A stretch of 64,000 nt of DNA from the NCBI GenBank assembly GCA_964537395.1, contig CAZIBN010000002.1, positions 14,301 through 78,300 on the forward strand. The letters are read 5' to 3'. Each line of letters opens with the position of its first letter. Position 1 is the first letter of the stretch. Source of the stretch: an uncultured Elusimicrobia bacterium (GTDB lineage Bacteria; Elusimicrobiota; Elusimicrobia; UBA1565; UBA9628). Below are positions 53,642 to 63,087 of the stretch, one piece after another. A model generated the notes under the pieces. That model ran no database searches and had not been told where the DNA came from. It saw only the letters and a program-made list of their open reading frames with translations. The translations under genes were made by a program, and so were the position numbers.

Positions 53642-54184
53642 CTATGGCTGAGAGGTGATCCAGCGGGCCGCGGACAGTATGTCGCGGCAAACGACCGTAG
53701 GCTTCGCTTTATAGGCCTTGTCGCGCCCGCCGTAGCCCGTGCGGACGAGGGCCGACGCGCAGCCGGCGCGGCGCGCGCACTCGATGTCCGACGTCTTGTC
53801 TCCGATCATGAAGGAGCCCTTTATGTCGAGGCCGAATTTCTGTTTGGCGGCCAGCAGCATGCCCGTCCCGGGCTTGCGCCACGGATGGCTGCTGTCCGGC
53901 CCATGGGGTGAGAAATAGATCGCGTCCCACTTCGCTCCCGCCTTGCCCAAACGACGCTTGAGCTCGGCATGGATCGAGCGCACGGTCTTCAAAGAGAAGT
54001 AGCCGCGGGCAACGCCGGACTGGTTGGTGACGATCACGATCTTAAAGCCGGCCTCGCGCAGAAGCTTGAGCGCCCGCGGCGCATTCTTGAAGACCTTGAG
54101 CCCCGCGATCGAATCCAGATGATCCGCTTCGCGGATCAGGACGCCGTCGCGATCGATGAATACAGCTTTTGAGCGGGGCTTCAT
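53642..54184 (-). CDS. gmhB: D-glycero-D-manno-heptose 1,7-bisphosphate phosphatase (HAD-IIIA)
   Basis: 180 aa. FIDRDGVL, VTNQSGVARG, RKPGTGML, GDKTSD. TAAAAT -10-like box 6 nt before the ATG. Confidence 0.8.
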   Translation of the reverse strand: MKPRSKAVFIDRDGVLIREADHLDSIAGLKVFKNAPRALKLLREAGFKIVIVTNQSGVARGYFSLKTVRSIHAELKRRLGKAGAKWDAIYFSPHGPDSSHPWRKPGTGMLLAAKQKFGLDIKGSFMIGDKTSDIECARRAGCASALVRTGYGGRDKAYKAKPTVVCRDILSAARWITSQP

Positions 54185-54213
54185 AATCAGATTTTAGCTT
54201 TTACGACCTTCCG

Positions 54214-54235
54214 GAACTCGCACCGGTGCGAGTTC
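54214..54235. other. Perfect 22-bp palindrome GAACTCGCACCGGTGCGAGTTC abutting the deacetylase stop
   Basis: Checked to be self-complementary. It overlaps the stop codon (54235-54237) by 1 nt. Its 13-mer ACCGGTGCGAGTT recurs at 53617-53629, downstream of the gmhB stop. Confidence 0.7.
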
Positions 54236-55248
54236 TAAGCAATTGAAGTAACTATAGGCCTGACACCGAGGTGGCGGCGGGTTCCCTGCAGGAGGTTGCG
54301 GCCGAGGCTGAAGGTCATGCGGAATTTCTCGAAGGAGTCGCGGTCGTCGGTGCCGAAGCGGAGCATGGTGTAGGGGTTGGAGCCGGTATTGACGAAGCCG
54401 GCGACCGTGGTCAGACCGCAGAGGAAGCCTGAGGACTTCAGCATCGCGGTCGTTTTATCGGAGAAGTCGTCGTAGTCGCCGTTGGGGTAGCAGAACAGGT
54501 CGCAGGGGCGCCCGATGTTTTTTTCCACGAGGGCCTTGGATCGCGCCAGCTCTCGGAGCCCTTCCTCCTCACCGAGAAGCGTGACGATGGTGTGGGAGTG
54601 CGTGTGGCTGCCGATCTCCATCAAGCCCGTGTCCGCCATCTCCTTGGCCTGAGCCCAGGTCAGGGGACGGTAATTCCCGGGCGCGTTGGCGTCGAGGATC
54701 AGCTTTCGACCCAGCTCGGCCTCGACGGGGGCGATCAGCGCCTCGCGCGGGACAGGGAGCAGGGACTTGGCGGCGCGTTGAAGCTCCTTGAGGCGCTCCC
54801 GGCGGGCGGCGGGATCTCCGGGGGCGCCCGCGAAGGCGTGCTCGAGGCGGTCGGGCCACAGCGGGACGCGCTCATCGACGAACTGGGTGGCGAGGAACAA
54901 CGTCGCCGGGGCCTTGGCCTCGCGCAGGGCGGGGAAGCCCAAGGTGTACACCGACTCGTAGCCGTCGTCGATGGTGAGGGCGACGGCATTGTCGGGAAGA
55001 GGCGGGCCGCCGGACAGCGAGGCCGCGACCTGGCGCAAGGTCACGAGGGCGCAGTTCTCTTTAAGAAAGGCCAGCTGACGGCGGAAAGTCTCCTGCTGAA
55101 GCCGGTTGCCTTGATAATTGACGATCCCGTCGGACGGCCGGTCCGTGAAGCCGTGATACATCAAAACGACCGCGTTGCGGCGCCGCAGCCATCTGAGGGG
55201 ACGATCAAGGCCGAGGGCGAAAGCGGCTTTAAGAAAAGAAGATTTCAT
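54235..55248 (-). CDS. Polysaccharide deacetylase (NodB/CE4 family)
   Basis: Start re-set to the ATG at 55248 (ATGA overlap), 337 aa. LTIDDGY, HTHSH and FCYPNG motifs. The track ORF adds 126 R/G/P-rich residues overlapping the GNAT gene. Confidence 0.8.
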   Translation of the reverse strand: MKSSFLKAAFALGLDRPLRWLRRRNAVVLMYHGFTDRPSDGIVNYQGNRLQQETFRRQLAFLKENCALVTLRQVAASLSGGPPLPDNAVALTIDDGYESVYTLGFPALREAKAPATLFLATQFVDERVPLWPDRLEHAFAGAPGDPAARRERLKELQRAAKSLLPVPREALIAPVEAELGRKLILDANAPGNYRPLTWAQAKEMADTGLMEIGSHTHSHTIVTLLGEEEGLRELARSKALVEKNIGRPCDLFCYPNGDYDDFSDKTTAMLKSSGFLCGLTTVAGFVNTGSNPYTMLRFGTDDRDSFEKFRMTFSLGRNLLQGTRRHLGVRPIVTSIA

Positions 55249-56249
55249 GGGAACATCAGGTCGTGGTCGCTGTCGATGCCCTGCGAAGGCAACGGCATCG
55301 AGAGCATCCCGGCCGCGGCCGCGTCGGCCCCGTGCCAGGCGTAGCGCAGCGTGCGGCCGCGGCGCAGGATGGGAGCGGCCGCCGCGAGCAGGGCCTCGTC
55401 GTTGCCGGCCATCCACAGGTCGTCGGCGTCCTGATCGAGCGCCCAGCGCGCGAAGGCCTTGACCATCGCGGCACGAGCGGGCGTGGGGCCCGGGCCGACT
55501 ACGAGCAGATGCGCGCGGCGCCGGCCGAGGCTGTTGAATAAACGGAACACCGCGCTGACGCCGCCGGCTTCGGCCAGGACCTGCTCCTCGCGCCGCGGAT
55601 GCTCGAGCAGGCGCCAGCGGACCCAATCCGCGTCGCGCACGACGCGCGTTGGGGCCGAGACGTCGTCGAGGCGTTCGGCGAGGCCGCCGGCGTCGAGCGG
55701 CAGCGGCCTGATCTCCAGAAGGGGCGCGCCGAAGGTCAGCGCCTTAAGCATGGCGCGGGCCGCGAGGCCCAGGGCCGGGCCCGCCGCGGCGGCCAGCGGG
55801 CCGTAGCGGCGGCGCAACGGGCCGGAGAGCTCGAGCGGCAGGCTGCGCACGCTCGTGTCGGAGCGCTCGGTCCAGCCGAGCTTGAGGAACACCTTCATCG
55901 AGAGGTCGTTGCAGAAGGTGATGCGCCGCGGACACAGGGCCATCCATGCTTCGGTCAGCGTCTTGCCGTGCCCCTTGCCCTGATACTCGGGAAGTATCGA
56001 AAAGTCGACGAACCAGATCGCCGTTTCGACCTTGCCCCCGTGCGCGAGCTTGACCGGGATCGCCCCCGCGTGGCCGACGACGCGCTCGCCCTCGACGAGG
56101 ACCAGGGGCTCGATGCCGGGAAATCGTCCCACCCGGTACAGCCACTCCCAGTGCTCGGCGAGAAAGGCCGCCCGGTCCGGAAAGGCGTCGGCGTAGAAGC
56201 GGCGCAACGCGCCGTTCTGTACGCTCGACGCCTTCCGGATATCGGGCAT
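55245..56249 (-). CDS. GNAT-family acetyltransferase with a long C-terminal extension
   Basis: 334 aa. GNAT motif A ILPEYQGKGHGKTL in the N-terminal half. The C-terminal ~170 aa are unassigned. Confidence 0.6.
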   Translation of the reverse strand: MPDIRKASSVQNGALRRFYADAFPDRAAFLAEHWEWLYRVGRFPGIEPLVLVEGERVVGHAGAIPVKLAHGGKVETAIWFVDFSILPEYQGKGHGKTLTEAWMALCPRRITFCNDLSMKVFLKLGWTERSDTSVRSLPLELSGPLRRRYGPLAAAAGPALGLAARAMLKALTFGAPLLEIRPLPLDAGGLAERLDDVSAPTRVVRDADWVRWRLLEHPRREEQVLAEAGGVSAVFRLFNSLGRRRAHLLVVGPGPTPARAAMVKAFARWALDQDADDLWMAGNDEALLAAAAPILRRGRTLRYAWHGADAAAAGMLSMPLPSQGIDSDHDLMFP

Positions 56250-56256
56250 CGTTTAG

Positions 56257-57639
56257 CTAGTGGCCGACGGGAGCCGAGCCGTCCTCGAGGTATTCGCGCA
56301 CCTTATAGCGCGACGCGCTCCAGATGAACACGCCCGAGAAGCCGAGCATCAGGACCGCGAAGAACCAGAAGAACGCCGCGCCCTGGAACTTGTTGATCTC
56401 CGAGACATAGGCGGTCAGCATGTTGCCGGCGAACACGGTCAGGAGCCAGAAGCTCATGATCGTACTCTTCATCGCGCGAGGCGCCTGGGTGTAAGCGAAC
56501 TCGAGGCCGGTGATCGAGACCATGATCTCGGCGACCGTGATCAGGAGGTACGGGATGAACTGCCAGCCGATGGAGGGCACCCCGCCCGCGTCGATCGCCG
56601 ACTGGATCATGGCCGCCGCGGCGAAGGAGCTCGCCGCGATGACCATGCCGCCCGACATACGGCGCAGAGGCGTCATCGCCCAGCCCGTGAGCTTCTCGAC
56701 GCCGGGGTATATGCCTTTGGAGAAGATCGGGATCAGCACCATGACCATGATCGGGTTCAGGGCCGAGATCTGCGAGGCCTCGAACTTGATCCCGAGGAAG
56801 TCCAGGTTCATCTGCTGGGCTTGGAGCACCCACGACGAGCCGTGCTGGTCGAACAGCGCCCAGAACACGGAGACCGTCGCGAACACCTTGAAGATGCCCA
56901 TCGCCGCGCGCGCGCCCTCGACCTCGTCGGGGGCGTAGCGGCTCTCGGCGGCGCTGAGGAAGTCGCCGCCTTCCTTGCGCTTGCCGTTGATGGCCGCCCA
57001 TGCGATCGGAACGAAGCCCGCCTTTCCAGTCTTGCCGGTCGGAGGCACGTTGACGAACTGCTTGCGCCCCGCCCAGAACACCACGGTGGCGACGGCCATC
57101 AGGATGCCGGGGATGCCGAACGCCCAGGAGGGGCCGTACTTGACGAGCACCCAGGGCGTGAGCAAGGTCGAGAAGAAGGAGCCGAAGTTGATCGCGAAGT
57201 AGAAGACATCGAAGATCTTCGGGACGAGCTCCTTGTTCTTGTCGGTGAACTGGTCGCCGACGTGGGCGGAAACGCACGGCTTGATGCCGCCGGAGCCGAG
57301 CGCGATCAGGCCGAGGCCGAAGTAGATCCCGGTCTTCGTCTCGAACAGCGCGAGGACGAGGTGGCCCAAGCAGTACACGATCGACAGCGTCATGATCGTC
57401 CGGTATTTTCCCCAATAGCGGTCGGAGAGCCACGCGCCGAGCAGCGGCGTGAAGTAGCAGGCCGAGACGAAGTAGTGGTAGACGGCCGTCGCCTCGTTCT
57501 TGGGCATCGCGAGGTGCGAGACCATGAACACGGTGAGGATGGCGCGCATGCCGTAGTAGCTGAAGCGCTCGCAGAGCTCGTTGCCGACGATGTATTTGAT
57601 CTGAGGCGGGAAGCCGGCCGTCTGGGTCGTTGTCATCAT
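56257..57639 (-). CDS. Proton-dependent oligopeptide transporter (POT/PTR2 family)
   Basis: 460 aa. GNELCERFSYYGMRAIL (ExxERFxYY) and GAWLSDRYWGKYRT motifs. 12 or more TM helices. Confidence 0.85.
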   Translation of the reverse strand: MMTTTQTAGFPPQIKYIVGNELCERFSYYGMRAILTVFMVSHLAMPKNEATAVYHYFVSACYFTPLLGAWLSDRYWGKYRTIMTLSIVYCLGHLVLALFETKTGIYFGLGLIALGSGGIKPCVSAHVGDQFTDKNKELVPKIFDVFYFAINFGSFFSTLLTPWVLVKYGPSWAFGIPGILMAVATVVFWAGRKQFVNVPPTGKTGKAGFVPIAWAAINGKRKEGGDFLSAAESRYAPDEVEGARAAMGIFKVFATVSVFWALFDQHGSSWVLQAQQMNLDFLGIKFEASQISALNPIMVMVLIPIFSKGIYPGVEKLTGWAMTPLRRMSGGMVIAASSFAAAAMIQSAIDAGGVPSIGWQFIPYLLITVAEIMVSITGLEFAYTQAPRAMKSTIMSFWLLTVFAGNMLTAYVSEINKFQGAAFFWFFAVLMLGFSGVFIWSASRYKVREYLEDGSAPVGH

Positions 57640-58517
57640 ATGAGTCCGAACTCCTTGAGCGCTTTTTTCAGCGGGGGGCGATTTTCAGCAGACAGAACGG
57701 TGAGCGGCAGGCGGGGCTCGGGGCGGCAGAGGCCCATCATGGCGAGCGCGGCCTTCACGGGGATCGGATTGGTCTCGACGAACAGGGACTTGATCAGGGG
57801 GAAGAGCTTGAGATGCAGGGCCGCGGCGCGCTTGTAGTCGCCCTTGAGGGCCGCCGCGCACAACGCCTGGGTCTGCTTGGGCGCGATATTGGCGACCACA
57901 GACACGACGCCGCGCGCGCCGACGGCCATCATCGGCAAGGTAAGGGAGTCGTCGCCGGAGAGCACCGTGAAGCCGGGCTTGGTCAAAGTCAGTATTTCAG
58001 ACACCTGGTCGAGCGAGCCCGCCGCCTCCTTCACCGCCATGATGGTGGGAAAATCTTTCGCGAGGCGAGCCAAGGTCTTCGGCTGTATGTTGACGCCGGT
58101 ACGGCTGGGGATGTTGTACGCGATGATCGGCAAGCGCGACTCGCACGCGACGGCGCGGAAGTGCTGGTAGATCCCTTCCTGGGTCGGCTTATTGTAATAC
58201 GGGGCGAGCACGAGCAGGGCGTCGGCGCCCAGGCTCTCGGCCTCGCGCGCGGACTCGACGGCCTTCCAGGTCGCATTCGCGCCCACGCCGGCGATGACGG
58301 GGATCTCGCCGCGGGACTCGTCGCAGGCGATCTCGATGGCGCGGCGGTACTCCTCGTGCATCAAGGTCGCGGCCTCTCCCGTCGAGCCGCAGGGCACCAG
58401 GCCCCGGGTTCCGCCCTTGAGCTGGCGGTGGATCAGGTGGCGGTAGGCGTCCTCGTCGAGGCGGCCATCCCGGTCGAACGGCGTGACGAGCGCGGCATAG
58501 GAGCCTTCGAACTTCAT
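57636..58517 (-). CDS. dapA: 4-hydroxy-tetrahydrodipicolinate synthase
   Basis: 293 aa. GSTGEAATL, YNKPTQEG, YNIPSRTG and the catalytic Lys context AVKEAAG. Confidence 0.9.
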   Translation of the reverse strand: MKFEGSYAALVTPFDRDGRLDEDAYRHLIHRQLKGGTRGLVPCGSTGEAATLMHEEYRRAIEIACDESRGEIPVIAGVGANATWKAVESAREAESLGADALLVLAPYYNKPTQEGIYQHFRAVACESRLPIIAYNIPSRTGVNIQPKTLARLAKDFPTIMAVKEAAGSLDQVSEILTLTKPGFTVLSGDDSLTLPMMAVGARGVVSVVANIAPKQTQALCAAALKGDYKRAAALHLKLFPLIKSLFVETNPIPVKAALAMMGLCRPEPRLPLTVLSAENRPPLKKALKEFGLI

Positions 58518-59293
58518 ATCGATACCTCTCCGGAAAAGATGATTTTGCCCGGGCCTTCCAGGCGGGGGCCGTTGTCGAAAGAAACGGAGAGGGTGTCGCC
58601 GCCGCGGACCACGACGCGAACGGGGGAAAGATCGAAGCCGAGGACGCGGGCGACGAACGCGGCCGCCACGATTCCGGTGCCGCAGGCTAAAGTCTCGGCT
58701 TCGACGCCCCGTTCATATGTGCGAACCAACAAAAAATTTTTTCTTATCTCGACAAAATCGATGTTGGCGCCCGCGCGTCCGAAGGCCTTATGGAACCGAA
58801 GCGCCCGTCCGAGTTCTCCGACGTTTATTTTTTTAACGTCCGGGACGAACACGACCGCGTGCGGGACCCCGGTATCGACGTAATGAGCCTGGAGCGAGTG
58901 CCCCGGCGTTTTGACGTTGATGCCGAGGCGCAGCTTTTTTGGCGCCGGCATCGACACCGCCGCTCGTCCCTTGCCCGTCAGGCGCGCGCTCAGCGGCCCG
59001 CGGTTGGTCTCGAGCGTGAACTCCGTGCCCTTGACCCAGCCCCGCGCCGCGGCCCACAGGGCCGCGCAGCGGGAGCCGTTGCCGCAGAAGGCCGCGGAGC
59101 CGTCGGCGTTCCAGTAATCGAGCCGAACACTCGCTTCGCGATGCTTCATCACGATCAATCCGTCGCCCCCGACGCCGAAGCGCCGGTCGCACAGAACCCG
59201 CGCGAGGGCGGCCCCGGATCTCCCTTTGGGCAGGCCGGAGAGCAGGACGAAGTCGTTGCCGGCGCCCGAGAGCTTCCAGAAGGGGATCTTCAT
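58514..59293 (-). CDS. dapF: Diaminopimelate epimerase
   Basis: Start re-set to the ATG at 59293 (ATGA overlap), 259 aa. SGAGNDFVL, FCGNGSRC and ACGTG catalytic cysteines. The track ORF adds 152 R/P-rich residues. Confidence 0.9.
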   Translation of the reverse strand: MKIPFWKLSGAGNDFVLLSGLPKGRSGAALARVLCDRRFGVGGDGLIVMKHREASVRLDYWNADGSAAFCGNGSRCAALWAAARGWVKGTEFTLETNRGPLSARLTGKGRAAVSMPAPKKLRLGINVKTPGHSLQAHYVDTGVPHAVVFVPDVKKINVGELGRALRFHKAFGRAGANIDFVEIRKNFLLVRTYERGVEAETLACGTGIVAAAFVARVLGFDLSPVRVVVRGGDTLSVSFDNGPRLEGPGKIIFSGEVSI

Positions 59294-60261
59294 TTCGAGG
59301 CCGTCTCCGCGGTGAGCGTGTCGCGCAGGCGGCGGGCCGCGCGGGCGGAGAAATCGAGGCGCGCGGGCGCGGTCAACGGAGACAGCTCGAGGACGGCTTT
59401 GGCCGGCAGGCCGCGGGCGAGCTGGGCGCGGACGCGCGTCCATAGCGCGGCGGCATCGCCGGGAGATTCTTTGAGCACCAGGTCCGCTTCGAGGAGGGCC
59501 TCTCCGGTACGGCCCGCCTCGATGAGCCACAGGGCCTTGGCGCGTCGCGCCCCGACGCCCGCGCCCTGCGCCAAGGCGTCGTCGAGGGCCGCGAAGGCGC
59601 CAGTCATGTCGCCCTGCGCGCGGCGCGCCAGCGCGATCATGATATGGCCCTCGGGATTCTTCGGCTCGAGAGCGATCGCACGTGCGAGCGCCAGGTCGGC
59701 GGTCGCCCAGTCGTGCTGGGCGAGCAAGGTCTCCGCGTAGGAGCGCCACACGTCCGCGCGTCCGTCGAGCGCTTCGAGAGCGACCTCGTAATGCGACGCG
59801 GAGCGGTCGAGGAAGCCGGCGCGGTGGTCTATCTCCGCGAGGCCCAGGTGGGCGCCCCAGTGCCTGGGTTCGTAGATGAGAGCCTTCAGATAGAAGACGC
59901 GGGCCTGCTCGTTAAGGCCGATGCGGTGGAGGATGTCTCCCTGGCGTGTGTGCAGGTCCACGTTCTTGGGAAAAAGCTTCACGCCGAGCTGGTAGTAGCT
60001 CAGCGCCTCGTCCGTGCGCCCGAGCGCGGTGAGGTTGTCGCCCATGAGGACGTAGGCCTGCCTCAGGTCGGTGCCGCGCAGGGTCTGGATGAAATCCGGG
60101 CTCAGCGCCGCGATCACCTCGGCGGGCTTATTCGCGTCCGACAGCTCCTGCACGGGGCGGATCTTCCGGTCCGACGGTTCGCCGAACAGGCGCCAGGCGC
60201 GGGCCGGTCCCGCGAGCAGCAGCAGCGCGGCTAAGACGAGGGGGGGCGCCGAAGCCCTCAT
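59290..60261 (-). CDS. Exported TPR-repeat protein
   Basis: Start at the ATG at 60261 (ATGA overlap with the patatin stop), 323 aa. Signal peptide, then several TPR-like helical pairs. Confidence 0.7.
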   Translation of the reverse strand: MRASAPPLVLAALLLLAGPARAWRLFGEPSDRKIRPVQELSDANKPAEVIAALSPDFIQTLRGTDLRQAYVLMGDNLTALGRTDEALSYYQLGVKLFPKNVDLHTRQGDILHRIGLNEQARVFYLKALIYEPRHWGAHLGLAEIDHRAGFLDRSASHYEVALEALDGRADVWRSYAETLLAQHDWATADLALARAIALEPKNPEGHIMIALARRAQGDMTGAFAALDDALAQGAGVGARRAKALWLIEAGRTGEALLEADLVLKESPGDAAALWTRVRAQLARGLPAKAVLELSPLTAPARLDFSARAARRLRDTLTAETASK

Positions 60262-61211
60262 TTGTGGTTTCCCGGCGCCCAACCGTCCGACAGCTTGGGG
60301 ATGGAGGCCAGTATCAGGCTCTCCTTCGCCGCCTCAAGGCGCGAGGACGCGGCGACGACGCCTTTCTCGATGGCCTCGACGATGCGATGATCCTCGAACA
60401 TGCCGATGTCGCCGACAGGCGGCTCGATCAGGAAATCGGCCTGCTTGCGCTGCTCGCGAGACAGGTAGGAGCCGCGGATGTCGATGACCTGCAGGAGGCT
60501 CTCGAGCACGTTCTCCGGCCGCGATGTCGTGTAGTCCGTCTCGGTCACGCTCGCGATCGTCCACTCGGCGCCGAGCAGGCGCGCGGCGTCGACCGGGATG
60601 TAATCCACTACGCCGCCGTCGACGAGGAAGCGGTGGCGGTACTCGAGAGGCCGGAAGATCCCGGGCAGGTTCATGCTCGCGCGTACGGCCTTGGCCACGT
60701 CGCCGTCGCGGAAGATGATGGCCTCTCCGGTGTAGACGTCCATCGCCACGCAGGCGAAAGGCTTGAGCGTCTGATCGAAGCGGATGCTGCCGATGCTCTT
60801 TCGCAGCATGATCTCGGTGTTCTCCGAGGAGAGGAGCTTGTCGAACAGGAGCAGCGAGATCAGGCGCGCCGACGACAGGTCGTTGCCGCTGCCGACATTG
60901 ATCGCGACGGCGAACTCGTACAATTTCTTCACCGGCATCCCCGACGCGTACAGGGCGCCCATGACCGCTCCCATCGAGGTGCCCGCGACCGTGTCGATCG
61001 GGAAGCCGGCGTCCTCGAGCGCCTGGATCACGCCGACGTGCGCGACGCCGCGCAGAGAGCCTGCGGACAGCACGAGGCCGACCTTGGGGCGGCGGTTCGC
61101 GGGGGCTTGCCGCACCTCGCGCCAGAGATGATCACGCAGCAAGGCCTCCGCCGACATGTCCGGGGCGGCGTAAGCGGGAGCTGCGAGCAGCAGCGCCAGC
61201 AGGAGCTTCAT
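60258..61211 (-). CDS. Exported patatin-like phospholipase
   Basis: 317 aa. Signal peptide, oxyanion SAGSLRG, nucleophile GTSMG, and the catalytic Asp in VDGGV. Confidence 0.85.
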   Translation of the reverse strand: MKLLLALLLAAPAYAAPDMSAEALLRDHLWREVRQAPANRRPKVGLVLSAGSLRGVAHVGVIQALEDAGFPIDTVAGTSMGAVMGALYASGMPVKKLYEFAVAINVGSGNDLSSARLISLLLFDKLLSSENTEIMLRKSIGSIRFDQTLKPFACVAMDVYTGEAIIFRDGDVAKAVRASMNLPGIFRPLEYRHRFLVDGGVVDYIPVDAARLLGAEWTIASVTETDYTTSRPENVLESLLQVIDIRGSYLSREQRKQADFLIEPPVGDIGMFEDHRIVEAIEKGVVAASSRLEAAKESLILASIPKLSDGWAPGNHK

Positions 61212-62491
61212 TGCGGTAGTTCCCGTCCCACGGCGCGTTCGAAGCGCGCGCGGGCCAGGATGTGCTCCGTGATTGCGGCAAGATGGGCGAGCCTCAGCTC
61301 CAGGACGCCATCTCGGGCTCTCAGGCGCGACAGCGCCGGACCGGGCTTGCCGACGGCCTCATCGTAAAGTGCCTGGACCTTTTTCCACCGGCTCTCGCGG
61401 TGAGGCCATTCCTCCTGCCACCAACGCAAAGTCTCGGCGGCCTGGCGAACCTCGAGGCGCACCCGGTCCTGAAGCCCGGAGCGGGCGAGCTCGCCTTGGC
61501 GCTGCTCGGCGCGCTTCTGCTTGAGCTGGCTCCAGTAGTCATAGGCGAAGGGAACCTTGATGCCGATCGACACGTCCCAGTTGTTGTTCTTGACCGGAAA
61601 GCGCGTGGCAGTCAGCTCGTAGTCGCCGGCGAGGATCACGGTCGGGCTGCGGCGGCCGAGCGCCAGGTTCACGCCGATCGCGTCCATCTGCACGCGATAG
61701 GTCTGCGACTGGAGCTCGGGGCGCAGCTCCATCGCCCAGATCACGGCCTTCTCCACCTCGGCCTTCACTGGACGGGTCTCGAGGACGCCCTGCACGCGGA
61801 AAGGGGTGTCGAGCTCGAGGCTCAAGGTATTGAGGAACTGCAGGCGCGCGCTGTCGAGCGCGTGCTGGGCCTCCGAGGCGCGCGTGCGCGCGGAGCCGAG
61901 CGTCGCCTCGACTTCGATCCGCTCCCACGGCCCCAGGTCGCCTTTCTCCGCGGCGAGCTCGACGGTCTTGAGATGCAGGTCGAAGGTGCTCACGCGTTCC
62001 TGCGCCAGCAGAAGGCGGTAGAAGGCCTCCTTCGCGTGCAAGGTCACATCCATCTTGACCGAGTCCCGGTTGGACCGGGCCTGCTTCTGCGAGGCCTGCG
62101 CCAGGCGCAGCGTGTTCAGCGTGCGCCGGCCCTCGTAGATCGGCATGTTGAAATAGGCGCGGCCGGAGTAGATGCTCTCGCTCGGCCCTCCCGGGAACAG
62201 GAGCAGGCTGCGGAATTCGGGGGAGAGCGCGAACGGATAGCGCGCGTCATACTTGGTCGCGCTTCCCTGCAGGCCGACCTCGGGCAGGAAGCGCAGCTTC
62301 GCCTCGGTGACGCGCGCGTCGGCGATGATGACGTCCTGCTCGGCGGACTGAAGCTTGGGATCGTTGCGCAGCAGCCGCACGGTCTCCTCGAGCGTGTACA
62401 CGCGCTCGGTCGATGCGTTCGCCGCCGATGCGGCGAAGGGCGCACCGGCGAGAGCGAGGCATAACGTGGCGGCGATAAGTCGGTTGAACAT
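61208..62491 (-). CDS. TolC-family outer membrane efflux protein
   Basis: 427 aa. Signal peptide and two OEP-type repeats with long coiled-coil heptads. No partner pump gene in the window. Confidence 0.75.
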   Translation of the reverse strand: MFNRLIAATLCLALAGAPFAASAANASTERVYTLEETVRLLRNDPKLQSAEQDVIIADARVTEAKLRFLPEVGLQGSATKYDARYPFALSPEFRSLLLFPGGPSESIYSGRAYFNMPIYEGRRTLNTLRLAQASQKQARSNRDSVKMDVTLHAKEAFYRLLLAQERVSTFDLHLKTVELAAEKGDLGPWERIEVEATLGSARTRASEAQHALDSARLQFLNTLSLELDTPFRVQGVLETRPVKAEVEKAVIWAMELRPELQSQTYRVQMDAIGVNLALGRRSPTVILAGDYELTATRFPVKNNNWDVSIGIKVPFAYDYWSQLKQKRAEQRQGELARSGLQDRVRLEVRQAAETLRWWQEEWPHRESRWKKVQALYDEAVGKPGPALSRLRARDGVLELRLAHLAAITEHILARARFERAVGRELPQ

Positions 62492-62508
62492 AGGAGGGAC
62501 GAAAAAGG

Positions 62509-63072
62509 TCAGACTTTGAACGATTTGGTCAGATGGTCGAGCTCGAGCTTGAACGCCTTCAGGTCGTCGCGGGCGCTTCCGGCGCCCTCAGGCAGGCGCT
62601 TGGCGATCTCATCGAGCTTTTCGGACAGACGCTGGACGAGGTTGCGGTCCTTCTGGAGCAGGGCCTGGAGAGCCGCGGCCATGCCGTTGAACTCCTCCTG
62701 AAGCTCCATGAGCTCGTCGCCGGTGCGCAGGGCGACGCGGTGCGTCAGGTCGCCGGTGCTCAGCGACTGGCAGCTCTTTTCAAAGCGGTAGATAGGACCG
62801 GCGAACCGATGGGAAACGTAAAGAGAGATCAGCAGCATAAGACCGAGGTAAAGGGCGATCTTAACAAGCAGAACGGTATTAAATTGCACGACGCGGTCGG
62901 TGACCGACGGGCACTCCGTCAGCATCACCCGCATCAGCGAGTAGTACACGTCGCCGCCCACGATCATCGAGGCGACGAGCACGCTCAGGAACACCATCCC
63001 GATGTACTTAAGCTGCAACGCACGCTTGACGAGGACGGTTTTACGCTGGAACCGCGCTTCTTCGTCGGGCAT
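62509..63072 (-). CDS. Membrane protein with two TM helices plus a HAMP domain and no output domain
   Basis: 187 aa. HAMP signature HRFAGPIYRFEKSCQSLSTGDLTHRVALRTGDELMELQEEFNGMAAAL, followed by a short coiled coil. Confidence 0.7.
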   Translation of the reverse strand: MPDEEARFQRKTVLVKRALQLKYIGMVFLSVLVASMIVGGDVYYSLMRVMLTECPSVTDRVVQFNTVLLVKIALYLGLMLLISLYVSHRFAGPIYRFEKSCQSLSTGDLTHRVALRTGDELMELQEEFNGMAAALQALLQKDRNLVQRLSEKLDEIAKRLPEGAGSARDDLKAFKLELDHLTKSFKV

Positions 63073-63087
63073 CGTTCTCCGGTCAGG

